Part shown: piece by piece, positions 1 through 7,923 of the stretch
Numbering within the stretch: position 1 is the first letter of the stretch
Layout: every line of letters begins with the position of its first letter
NCBI GenBank assembly: GCA_964444175.1
Contig: CAYUFI010000005.1
Coordinates: 1-49,363, forward strand
Reading direction: 5' to 3'
Source: an uncultured Clostridiaceae bacterium
Lineage (GTDB): Bacteria; Bacillota_I; Bacilli_A; RFN20; CAG-288
DNA: 49,363 nt
Program-made: the position numbers and the translations under genes
Notes under the pieces: generated by a model
The model's database searches: none
Seen by the model: the letters and a program-made list of their open reading frames with translations, nothing else
What the model was told of the DNA's origin: nothing

Positions 1-61
1 CTGCTAAATTACCATTGCCATCGAGCAATGGACCATCGGATAAAAGATGCTGTTCACTCAT
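1..61 (-). CDS. 5' end of an unidentified CDS (partial, continues beyond window start)
   Basis: ATG at 59-61 on the minus strand, with an AAGAGGA Shine-Dalgarno (plus 69-75) 7 nt upstream. The frame is open to the window edge. Only MSEQHLLSDGPLLDGNGNLA is visible, so no family call is possible. Confidence 0.4.
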   Translation of the reverse strand, partial: MSEQHLLSDGPLLDGNGNLA

Positions 62-341
62 GATTATTTCCTCTTTAATTTATTGTATCGCATGTCTTTG
101 CGGATGGTGATGAAAAGGTGGCCGGCTTCATACCTATGCATGTCTCATGTATCGGCAAGGAGTCCATAGAGGCAAACAAGGTCAAAAGCATCATCACGTG
201 TCCTTTTATATAGGAGTAAATGGTCATCTTAAGTGCAACACTTTGAGATGGCTTCGGCACAAAAGCCTAAATCGAAAGCATCGATGGAGTAGTCCATGGT
301 GTTCGTACGGAGAAGCTAGTGCTCCGCCAGTTGTGCAGTAT

Positions 342-369
342 CCGAACTCTCCGCGGGTTCGGTTTTTTC
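342..369 (+). terminator. Rho-independent terminator-like hairpin with no obvious upstream gene
   Basis: ccgaac (342-347) pairs with gttcgg (357-362) around a 9-nt loop, followed by TTTTTT (363-368). No convincing plus-strand CDS lies upstream. Confidence 0.45.
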
Positions 370-714
370 TTTTCCGTTCCGGTTCACTCGAAATCAATCA
401 TCTCCGCGTCCGGGGAATCCCAAATCTCCTTCAGCGTCTTTCGCCGAACATCCTTGCCCGATTGGTGGCGTCTCGACGACGACCGAGTCCGCCCCGCTTT
501 GGTAATTTTTTAGCAGATCGTAGGCGTTTTCGAAAGGACAGTGAACAGAAGACTGAGAGAAGACCCTTCCCTCCGTTTCGTTTCGTCCCCGCCCCTTCTC
601 CGAAAGCAGTCTTCGCCTTCGAAAAGGAATCCCTCTGCGGAGATTTCGCCGTCAATTCCGTCCCTTTTTCCGGACAGAGTTCTTTCCCCTCGGAACAAAT
701 TTTGAAAGAGGGTG

Positions 715-742
715 TTGATTTCTTTCTTTTTTCCTTTATAAT
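715..742 (+). promoter_or_regulatory. Sigma-70-type promoter for the HAD gene
   Basis: TTGATT (715-720), 16-nt spacer, TATAAT (737-742). It sits about 20 nt upstream of the AAAGGAGGA RBS of the CDS starting at 779. Confidence 0.5.
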
Positions 743-778
743 CCCATATTAAAAAAACGGGAAAGGAGGACTTTACCC

Positions 779-1576
779 ATGGAAATCAAAGCCGTCTTCT
801 GCGATATCGACCAGACGCTCTATTCGCATAAAAGCAAATGCGTCCCGCCCAGCGCCGTCCACGCAGTCCAGGACATCCAGGCCAAAGGAATCAAGTTCTT
901 CCTCTGTTCGGGAAGAAACGCTTACCTGATCCGCAAATCCGGCGTCTATGACTACGTGAAGCCAGACGGGATCGTCACGATGAACGGGGCCCAGGCGATC
1001 GTGGACGGGAAATCCGTCTTCCTCCATCCGATCCCTTCGGAAGTCGTCGACGCCCTGGTCAAGTTCGCCAAGCGCCTCCGCTTCGGACTGACCCTCATCG
1101 AGGAGAAGGAAGGGCACATCAACATGATTGACGAACGGGTCATCTCGGCCCACGAGAAATACGGAACGCGCTTCCCGCAGCCGCGCACCTTCCCGGACCA
1201 TTACGACCGGGTCGTGTATCAGGCGGTAGCCTACTGCGACGCCTTCGACGAGTCGCTCTTCCTGCCCCATCTGAAGAAATGCAAGACTGCACGCTGGGAC
1301 GAATACGCGGTCTACATCATGCCGAAGGACTGCGACAAGGCCCGGGGCATGGAAGCGGTCCTGAAGCACTTCGGCTGGACCGTGGAGAACGCCATGGCCT
1401 TAGGGGACGACAACAACGACATCGAGATGATCGATAAGGCCGGAATTGGAGTCGCGATGGGGAACGCTCTCCCGACAATCAAGAAACACGCAGACTTCGT
1501 GACGGACGACGTCGACGACGACGGGCTCGCCAAGTCCTTCTTGAAATACGGGCTCATCAAACAAATCCGGAAATAG
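779..1576 (+). CDS. Cof-type HAD-IIB family sugar-phosphate phosphatase
   Basis: 265 aa. N-terminal DxD motif (FCDIDQTLY), CSGR motif and C-terminal GDDNNDIEM. Strong RBS 9 nt upstream of the ATG; GC3-rich codons. Confidence 0.85.
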   Translation: MEIKAVFCDIDQTLYSHKSKCVPPSAVHAVQDIQAKGIKFFLCSGRNAYLIRKSGVYDYVKPDGIVTMNGAQAIVDGKSVFLHPIPSEVVDALVKFAKRLRFGLTLIEEKEGHINMIDERVISAHEKYGTRFPQPRTFPDHYDRVVYQAVAYCDAFDESLFLPHLKKCKTARWDEYAVYIMPKDCDKARGMEAVLKHFGWTVENAMALGDDNNDIEMIDKAGIGVAMGNALPTIKKHADFVTDDVDDDGLAKSFLKYGLIKQIRK

Positions 1577-1667
1577 CGCCTCTTTTAGGAGTCCTTCTTG
1601 AAATGGTATCCTATAGATACGTTTGTTTCCGGAAGGAAGACTTCCGAATTAGAAAGTACTCATCAAC

Positions 1668-2171
1668 ATGGACAATCAGCAGGACAGTCAGGAAGCGAAG
1701 AAGATTTTCGACGCCCTCCACGACAAAGGATGGTCGGATCAGGACATCCTGAAAGCGTGCGCCGTCTCTTTTCAGGACGGCAGGATGAATAGAAAAGACC
1801 TCATCGCGGTCGCGATGTATCTGAAGGCGGACATCAACCCCGATTTCGTCAACGCCGAAACCGACGAAGAAGCCAAGGCCCTCCTTTTTACGAAGCCCGA
1901 GCACGGGTACGTCAAGGCCGAAGACCTCGATCCGGACCTGAAGACGATGAACGGGTTCCGGGAAGCCATCGATCAGCTGCTGAAGGAAAAGCGCACGCCG
2001 GACGAAATCATGCAGGGACTCGCCGTGGCCTTCCGAGAAGACGAACTGACGAAGGACCAGTTCATCCGTCTCGCCAAGGAACTCGGATTCGAGATGGATC
2101 CGGAATTCGTCGCGGAAAAGGATTTGACCGCCGCGAAGAAGATGATCTTCCCGGATTATCAGACGAAATAG
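1668..2171 (+). CDS. Hypothetical acidic protein built from two homologous ~40-60 aa repeats
   Basis: 167 aa with GC3-biased codons. It uses the first in-frame ATG after a TAG; the RBS is weak. The internal repeat is SDQDILKACAVSFQDGRMNRKDLIAVAMYLKADINPDFV versus TPDEIMQGLAVAFREDELTKDQFIRLAKELGFEMDPEFV. I recognise no family. Confidence 0.6.
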   Translation: MDNQQDSQEAKKIFDALHDKGWSDQDILKACAVSFQDGRMNRKDLIAVAMYLKADINPDFVNAETDEEAKALLFTKPEHGYVKAEDLDPDLKTMNGFREAIDQLLKEKRTPDEIMQGLAVAFREDELTKDQFIRLAKELGFEMDPEFVAEKDLTAAKKMIFPDYQTK

Positions 2172-2196
2172 GAAGCCGGTCTTTCATCCGTCTTTT

Positions 2197-2220
2197 AGAG
2201 CGGGGTTCCGCTCTTTTTTC
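2197..2220 (+). terminator. Rho-independent terminator after the 167-aa gene
   Basis: agagcgg / ccgctct stem, 4-nt loop, then TTTTTT (2215-2220). Confidence 0.6.
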
Positions 2221-2244
2221 TTCACTGCGAAAAGGAGTCCGTCT

Positions 2245-2290
2245 GAGGTGAGACCCAAAAGTTGGACTTCCATCTGGAGGGTCTCACCTC
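2245..2290 (+). other. Perfect 12-bp stem hairpin (22-nt loop) in the intergenic region upstream of pyrG
   Basis: gaggtgagaccc (2245-2256) is the exact reverse complement of gggtctcacctc (2279-2290). A T8 run lies at 2308-2315 but is 18 nt away, so this is not a canonical terminator. Confidence 0.5.
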
Positions 2291-2346
2291 ATTTATTCCG
2301 TACGTCCTTTTTTTTCAAAATGGGTCTCCCACGGAGCCTTGCGGAG

Positions 2347-2410
2347 TGATAGGATAAATAGGGCACCCCCTGAGAGTTTTTTCTCTTCTGATAGGAGGTT
2401 TTTTTATTTT
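2347..2410 (+). promoter_or_regulatory. Candidate pyrG promoter plus CTP-sensing attenuator leader
   Basis: Extended -10-like TGATAGGAT (2347-2355). GGGC at 2361-2364, a C5 tract at 2366-2370, and a possible hairpin pairing CCCCCUGAGAG with CUCUU..AGGAGG (2365-2398) that sequesters the RBS. A U-rich run at 2399-2410 abuts the ATG. Confidence 0.35.
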
Positions 2411-4036
2411 ATGAAACAGGCAAAGTTCGTCTTCGTCACAGGCGGAGTCGTGTCTTCCTTGGGGAAAGGAATCACCGCTTCCTCGCTGGGACGCATGCTC
2501 GTTAAGCGCGGGCTGAAAATTTTCATGATGAAGTTCGATCCGTATCTGAACGTCGATCCGGGCACGATGAGCCCTTATCAGCACGGAGAGGTCTACGTCA
2601 CCGACGACGGGGCCGAGACGGATCTCGACTTAGGGCATTACGAACGCTTCACGGACCTCAATCTGACCAAGGAGTCTTCCGTTACCTCCGGCAAGATCTA
2701 CCAGACCATCATCGAGAAGGAACGCCGCGGGGACTACCTCGGATCGACGGTCCAGATCATCCCGCACGTCACGAACGAAATCAAGAAGAGAATGCACGAT
2801 GCGGCGGAAGTCTCCGACGCGGACATCGTCATCGTCGAGATTGGCGGCACGGTCGGCGACATCGAATCGACCGCGTTCATCGAAGCGATCCGCCAGATGC
2901 GCTCCGACATCGGTTACGACAACACCCTCTACATCCATAACACGCTCGTCCCGTATCTGAAAACCACCCAGGAGACCAAGACCAAGCCGACCCAGCACTC
3001 CGTCAAGGAACTCGCCGGCATGGGCGTCCAGCCGGACATCATCATCCTCCGTTCGGAAGTCCCGGTGGATCTGAAGACGAGACAGAAGATCTCGCTGTTC
3101 TGCAACGTCCCGGTGAGGAACGTCCTCGTCTCGATGGATATGCCCTACCTCTACCAGGTCCCGCTCTCTCTGCACGAGCAGGGACTCGACGACATCGTCC
3201 TCGAGCATTTCCGTCTCGGCGCGCCGGAAGCGGACATGTCCGATTTCGAGAACCTCGTCAAGAAGATTTCCCTCATCCAGAAGCAGGTCGATATCGCCCT
3301 TGTCGGGAAATACGTCGAGCTGCACGACGCCTACATCAGCGTCGCGAATTCCCTGACTTACGCGGGCTACGTCTATGACCGCAACGTCAAGATCCACTGG
3401 ATCGATTCGCAGACGGTCACCGAGGAATCGGCTCCCGACATCTTCAAAGACATCGACGGAATCCTGGTCCCGGGCGGATTCGGCGTCCGCGGGACCGACG
3501 GGAAGAAGATCGCCATCCGTTACGCCCGCGAGCACAACGTTCCGTTCCTAGGCATCTGCCTGGGTCTCCAGATGGCTATCATCGAATACGCCAACGACGT
3601 TCTAGGCATGAAGGGCGCGGACACGACCGAGTTCGATCCGAAGACCCCGTACCCGGTGGTCGACTATCTGCCGAGCCAGTACAAGGGAATCAAGCTCGGT
3701 GGAACGATGCGCTTAGGCGCCTACGACTGCAGGGTCGTCAAGGGCACGAAGGCCTACGAGGCGTACGGGGAAGAGAACATCTCCGAACGCCACCGTCACC
3801 GCTACGAGGTGAATCCGGCGTATCTGGACAGATTCGACGACGGGAACTTCGTGGTTTCCGGCAAGAACCCGCAGACGGGTCTGACCGAAATCATCGAGCT
3901 GAAGAACCATCCGTGGTTCGTCGCGACCCAGTTCCATCCGGAATTCAAGAGCCGGCCGCTGAAGCCGCATCCGCTGTTCCGCGAATTCGTGCACCACGCG
4001 ATTCTGAACCGCAAGGAAAAAGGCGGGGAGGAATAA
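2411..4036 (+). CDS. pyrG: CTP synthase
   Basis: 541 aa from ATG 2411 (AGGAGG at 2393-2398). KFVFVTGGVVSSLGKG N-terminus; glutamine amidotransferase motifs GICLGLQ and HRHRYEVN. The ORF-track start at 2339 lies in the leader. Confidence 0.97.
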   Translation: MKQAKFVFVTGGVVSSLGKGITASSLGRMLVKRGLKIFMMKFDPYLNVDPGTMSPYQHGEVYVTDDGAETDLDLGHYERFTDLNLTKESSVTSGKIYQTIIEKERRGDYLGSTVQIIPHVTNEIKKRMHDAAEVSDADIVIVEIGGTVGDIESTAFIEAIRQMRSDIGYDNTLYIHNTLVPYLKTTQETKTKPTQHSVKELAGMGVQPDIIILRSEVPVDLKTRQKISLFCNVPVRNVLVSMDMPYLYQVPLSLHEQGLDDIVLEHFRLGAPEADMSDFENLVKKISLIQKQVDIALVGKYVELHDAYISVANSLTYAGYVYDRNVKIHWIDSQTVTEESAPDIFKDIDGILVPGGFGVRGTDGKKIAIRYAREHNVPFLGICLGLQMAIIEYANDVLGMKGADTTEFDPKTPYPVVDYLPSQYKGIKLGGTMRLGAYDCRVVKGTKAYEAYGEENISERHRHRYEVNPAYLDRFDDGNFVVSGKNPQTGLTEIIELKNHPWFVATQFHPEFKSRPLKPHPLFREFVHHAILNRKEKGGEE

Positions 4037-4049
4037 ATTTAGACCGTTC

Positions 4050-4077
4050 CGGAAGGGAAAATTCCCTTCCGTTTTTT
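4050..4077 (+). terminator. Rho-independent terminator of pyrG
   Basis: cggaaggg / cccttccg stem followed by TTTTTT (4072-4077). Confidence 0.75.
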
Positions 4078-4115
4078 GTTGTCCGGTCTTTCTTAAAAGC
4101 CCTTACATCTCCGTA

Positions 4116-4144
4116 TTGAAGTCCTATTTCTCCAGGACTATAAT
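4116..4144 (+). promoter_or_regulatory. Near-consensus sigma-70 promoter with an embedded inverted repeat (candidate TetR operator)
   Basis: TTGAAG (4116-4121), exactly 17 nt, TATAAT (4139-4144). The inverted repeat AGTCCT-N8-AGGACT (4120-4139) spans the spacer. Confidence 0.55.
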
Positions 4145-4192
4145 GTGGTAGGATTTTGATAGTCGGAGTATCATTTTCAAGGAGAAACGCCC

Positions 4193-4852
4193 GTGCGGCC
4201 GAAGTTCACCGAAGAGAAGAAAGAGAGCGTGAAAGCGTCGATCGTCCCCAAGGCGCTCGACCTGTTTTATCAAAAGGGAATCCCGGACGTCGCGATGATG
4301 GACATCGCCGAGAAGTGCTCCATCGGGATTGCGACCCTGTACCGCTATTTCAAGGAAAAGAAAGCGATCGTGATTCCGAGCGGGACCCTGCTCTGGAATA
4401 GGAAGAAAGAGGAGTTCGAAAAGATCTACGGACAGGGCATAAAGAGCGGGAAAGACGGATACGGGATCCTGAAGAATCTCTATTCCTACTTCCTGGAGCT
4501 GTTCGAAAAAGAGCCGGAGTTCTTCCGTTTCCTGGCGGATTTCGACGCGTTTCTCCTGCGCGAGAAGCCGGAAGAGCAGGAAATGGACGCGTACGATTCG
4601 GTCCTAGGGGAGATTAAGGACGTGTTTCATAAGGCCGTTACAAGAGGCCAGGAGGACGGATCGGTCCGGAAGGACATCGATTTCGGCCCGACGTACTATT
4701 CCTTCTCGAAAGCCCTGCTGGGATTAGGCGAGAAGCTCTCCATGAAAAAGGATCTGCTGAAGTCGGACAGGGAAGTGGATAAAGAAAAGCAGATGGAAAC
4801 GATGTTAAAAGCCGTGCTGGAATATCTGAAGGGAACTTTAATAGGAGCATGA
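4193..4852 (+). CDS. TetR/AcrR family transcriptional regulator
   Basis: 219 aa. GTG start with AAGGAGA RBS (4179-4185). N-terminal HTH: ALDLFYQKGIPDVAMMDIAEKCSIGIATLYRYFKEKK. Confidence 0.85.
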   Translation: MRPKFTEEKKESVKASIVPKALDLFYQKGIPDVAMMDIAEKCSIGIATLYRYFKEKKAIVIPSGTLLWNRKKEEFEKIYGQGIKSGKDGYGILKNLYSYFLELFEKEPEFFRFLADFDAFLLREKPEEQEMDAYDSVLGEIKDVFHKAVTRGQEDGSVRKDIDFGPTYYSFSKALLGLGEKLSMKKDLLKSDREVDKEKQMETMLKAVLEYLKGTLIGA

Positions 4853-4856
4853 ACCT

Positions 4857-6383
4857 ATGAAATACGAAGTGGTTTACGAATATAAGGGAGAGACGTACGT
4901 CAATTCCTCGGCGGCCGCCGAAGTCACGCTGCTCAAAGGCGAGAACAACTGGTCGTTATCGGTTCTTCCCCACGGGAAGATCAAAATTGTCTCGTGCCGG
5001 ATGGAGCTCGACGATTCCTTAAAACCCGGGGAGAAGTTCTTCTCGAACGGATACCAGTCCTGGACGAGAAGCCGGGAGCTGTCCTTTTTCCAGAAGACCC
5101 CGAAGATGGGAATCCTGGGAAGGACGAAGAAGTTCGAGGACCTCTACCATTTCTCCGCGTACGGGGATTCCCGGTTTCGGAAGTACCGGAGGCACGCTTC
5201 CTACACGTTGACGTATTTCCGGAAAGGGAAACATTTCCGTTTCTACGGTTCGGAAAGCGAGAAGAACGGATATACGGTCTTCTATCTGAAAGGACGGAAG
5301 CTCTGCGCGGAAAAAGACGACAAAGGGCAGGTCCTCGAGAAAGAAACCGAACTGTTCTCGATCTATAAAGCGGAAGGAAGCGAGGACGAGGTTTTCGACC
5401 AATATCTGAAAGTCCTCGGACACGGACCGATTCAGGACGATCAGGTCTTCGGGTACACGTCCTGGTACCGCCATTACGAGGACATCTCGGAAGAGAAGAT
5501 CCTGACGGATCTGGAGAACCTGAAGAAGACGGGGCTTCCGTTCACCCTGTTCCAGATCGATGACGGATACGAGGCCAAGGTCGGAGACTGGAAGAAATAC
5601 AAACCTTCCTTCCCGAACGGGCTCGCGGGAATCTATGAGAAGATCGCGGAAGCCGGGTTCGTCCCGGGCATCTGGCTCGCGCCGTTCTGCGCCCAGAAGG
5701 ATTCCGATTTGGTCAGGGAACATCCGGAATATCTCTTAAGGGATGAAAAGGGAAATCCGATCTACATGGGGGCGAACTGGAACGGAACGTACGCCCTCGA
5801 TTTCCATAACGAAGACCTGAAGCGGTATCTGCACGAGGTCTTCCAGTACTACATCTCCCTCGGCGTGAAGGTCTTCAAGCTCGATTTCCTCTACGCCTGC
5901 ACGCTCGCCCTGCACGAGGACGAGACCAGGGGAGGACTGATGGAGGAAGCGATGGAGTGGATCCGCGGGGAGCTGAAAGGATGCAAGATCCTCGGCTGCG
6001 GCGTCCCGCTCTCGGCGGCGTTCTTCAACGTCGACTACTGCCGCATCAGCATGGACGTCTCGCAGAAATGGAACGACGCGTGGTACATGCGTTTCTTCCA
6101 TCCGGAGCATAACTCCACCAAGTATGCCATTACGAACATCCGCGTCCGCGCGCCGTTCAACCGGCGTTTCTTCCTCAACGATCCGGACGTGGTCTTCCTG
6201 CACGGGACGGAAATGAGCCCGAAGCAGAAGGAGAAGCTCTTCGAAGCCGCGAGGAAGTACGGCGGGGTGCACCTCACCTCGGACGACTTCGCCCTCTACA
6301 ACGAAGGCGACATCGACCGCTGGAACACAATGATCGCGAAAGCAAAAAAAGAAAATCGTCGCTCATCCGATTCAGAAAGATAG
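4857..6383 (+). CDS. GH36-type alpha-galactosidase (short, Thermotoga GalA-like)
   Basis: 508 aa. Motifs GYTSWY, FQIDDGY..GDW, GIWLAPF, LDF..EDL and FKLDFLY (K-x-D nucleophile region). Sits 4 nt after the TetR stop. Confidence 0.75.
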   Translation: MKYEVVYEYKGETYVNSSAAAEVTLLKGENNWSLSVLPHGKIKIVSCRMELDDSLKPGEKFFSNGYQSWTRSRELSFFQKTPKMGILGRTKKFEDLYHFSAYGDSRFRKYRRHASYTLTYFRKGKHFRFYGSESEKNGYTVFYLKGRKLCAEKDDKGQVLEKETELFSIYKAEGSEDEVFDQYLKVLGHGPIQDDQVFGYTSWYRHYEDISEEKILTDLENLKKTGLPFTLFQIDDGYEAKVGDWKKYKPSFPNGLAGIYEKIAEAGFVPGIWLAPFCAQKDSDLVREHPEYLLRDEKGNPIYMGANWNGTYALDFHNEDLKRYLHEVFQYYISLGVKVFKLDFLYACTLALHEDETRGGLMEEAMEWIRGELKGCKILGCGVPLSAAFFNVDYCRISMDVSQKWNDAWYMRFFHPEHNSTKYAITNIRVRAPFNRRFFLNDPDVVFLHGTEMSPKQKEKLFEAARKYGGVHLTSDDFALYNEGDIDRWNTMIAKAKKENRRSSDSER

Positions 6384-6407
6384 TGTTAGAAAGAAGGAAC
6401 AGAAATC

Positions 6408-7865
6408 ATGTCTGAAATCAAAGACCGTTCGTCGGTGATCTTCGGAAATCCGATCGACAGAAAGACGATCCGCCAGGGTCTGAAATCCAAGAAGAAGTTC
6501 TTGAAGAAATACGGGGACGACACGGACAAAATCTACCATCTGAAGGCCGTTCCGGTTCCGACGCTGAGTTTCATGGGCGTCGAGAACCTCGTTCTCTCCG
6601 ATACGGAGCTGAAGCTTCCTAAGAACGCACTCATCGTCGGCAACATCCGCATGGGCTTTGGGCACTACCGCATCAGCATGGCCATGGCTTCCTGCGCCAA
6701 GGCGCTCGGGTTCGAGCCGTACTGGCTCGATTTGGCCTCGTTCGACGCGACCGGCTCGAAGATGATCCGGGAACAGAACGACCTCTACTCCCTCGCCTCG
6801 AGGATCTCACAGGTCTCCCACCTGTTCAACCACTTCATCTGGGAACCGCTGAACTCGGAAGGCTTTAGGAAGCTCACCTACAATTCCAAGGACCAGAAGA
6901 ACGCCGAGCTGCTCGTCCCGCTCTTCCACGACATCCCCAAGGACACCCCGTACATCGCCACGCACGTCTGGCCGTCGCAGGCCGCCGTCCACGCGGGGAT
7001 GACCCACGTCGTGAACGCGGTTCCGGATAACTGGCCGATGGCCCTCCACCTCTCCGAAGGCGCGATCCACACGGTCCAGACCCCGTTCGCCTATCTCGGT
7101 TACAAGATGCTGAACGGCATGGCGAAGACGCCTTTAAAAGGCATTCCCGAGGAGGATCTCTATGAGGTCGGGCACTACGTCGACCACGAGCTCGTCTCGA
7201 ACATAGATGCCGACGTCGAAGCGAGAATCCGCCGCATCCAAAACAAGGAACCGGTCCGCATCCTCCTCTCCGTCGGCGGAGCCGGCGCTGGGGAGAAGCT
7301 GTTCTTAGAGATGGTGAAGCACCTCCTGCCGTACGTCGAAAAGAAGAGAGCAGCGGTCTTCCTCAATTTCGGGGACCATCTCGGCGTCTACGAGTATCTG
7401 TGCAAAAAGATTCCGGGTTTCGACTCGAAATGCGTCAAGTTCTTCGACCGGTACGAAGATTTAAACAAGTTCGTCGGAACGATGGGAACCTCGCGGATCG
7501 AAGGAATTTACGCCGTCTGCAACAAGAACATCTTCGAAGCGGTCTATTCGACGAACCTCCTCATGCGGAACGTCGAGTTCCTCATCACCAAACCGTCCGA
7601 ACTGGCGTACTACCCGGTCGTGAAGGTCATGATGCGCCACATCGGAGGACACGAGGTCTACGGGGCGATCCACGCGCAGGAAGAAGGTGATTCAACCTTC
7701 GAATGCCCGGACGAGAGGAGTATGAACGAGATGCTCGACCGCCTGCTGAACGATCCGGAACTGCTGATCCATCTGAACCGTCAGATTCAGAAACTCCGGG
7801 ACGAAGGCGTCTATAACGGCGGATACGAAGTCGTCAAGCTCGCCGTCAACGGGAGAAGAAAGTAA
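6408..7865 (+). CDS. GT-B fold glycosyltransferase-like protein (MurG/MGDG-synthase, GT28-like motifs), function unknown
   Basis: 485 aa. N-domain G-loop GNIRMGFGHYRISMAMA; C-domain ILLSVGGAGAG, ITKPSELAYYP and HAQEEGDS resemble GT28 motifs. An ~80 aa N-terminal extension has no recognisable motif. Confidence 0.5.
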   Translation: MSEIKDRSSVIFGNPIDRKTIRQGLKSKKKFLKKYGDDTDKIYHLKAVPVPTLSFMGVENLVLSDTELKLPKNALIVGNIRMGFGHYRISMAMASCAKALGFEPYWLDLASFDATGSKMIREQNDLYSLASRISQVSHLFNHFIWEPLNSEGFRKLTYNSKDQKNAELLVPLFHDIPKDTPYIATHVWPSQAAVHAGMTHVVNAVPDNWPMALHLSEGAIHTVQTPFAYLGYKMLNGMAKTPLKGIPEEDLYEVGHYVDHELVSNIDADVEARIRRIQNKEPVRILLSVGGAGAGEKLFLEMVKHLLPYVEKKRAAVFLNFGDHLGVYEYLCKKIPGFDSKCVKFFDRYEDLNKFVGTMGTSRIEGIYAVCNKNIFEAVYSTNLLMRNVEFLITKPSELAYYPVVKVMMRHIGGHEVYGAIHAQEEGDSTFECPDERSMNEMLDRLLNDPELLIHLNRQIQKLRDEGVYNGGYEVVKLAVNGRRK

Positions 7866-7877
7866 GATCCGTCCATC

Positions 7878-7910
7878 GAAAAACCCGCGGTTTCCCCGCG
7901 GGTTTTCGTT
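7878..7910. terminator. Bidirectional terminator between convergent genes
   Basis: acccgcgg / ccgcgggt stem with a 5-nt loop. It is flanked by an A-run upstream and TTTT downstream. Confidence 0.7.
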
Positions 7911-7923
7911 TGACTGAACTTCC

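Noticed and set aside
157-172. aaggagtccatagagg, resembling the GAGGAAAGUCCAUGC core of type B RNase P RNA.
   Set aside because: The match is partial: the AAAG is missing. None of the other universally conserved RNase P regions is present nearby.
147-752. 201-aa plus-strand ORF and the overlapping short ORFs in the first 750 bp.
   Set aside because: It reads through an intrinsic terminator, has no RBS, and is Arg/Ser/Pro/Phe-rich with no motif.
2630-3535. Long antisense ORFs opposite real genes. Examples: 2630-3535(-) in pyrG, 773-1369(-) in the HAD gene, 13482-14237(+) and 14634-15350(+) in GH78, 21908-22756(+) and 23018-23836(+) in nrdD, 44895-45599(+) in the isomerase gene, 34250-34981(-) in eno.
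   Set aside because: These are shadow ORFs produced by the strong G/C third-position bias of the true genes. Their translations are Arg/Asp/Val/Gly-rich low-complexity strings. They have no RBS, and the opposite strand carries unmistakable family motifs.
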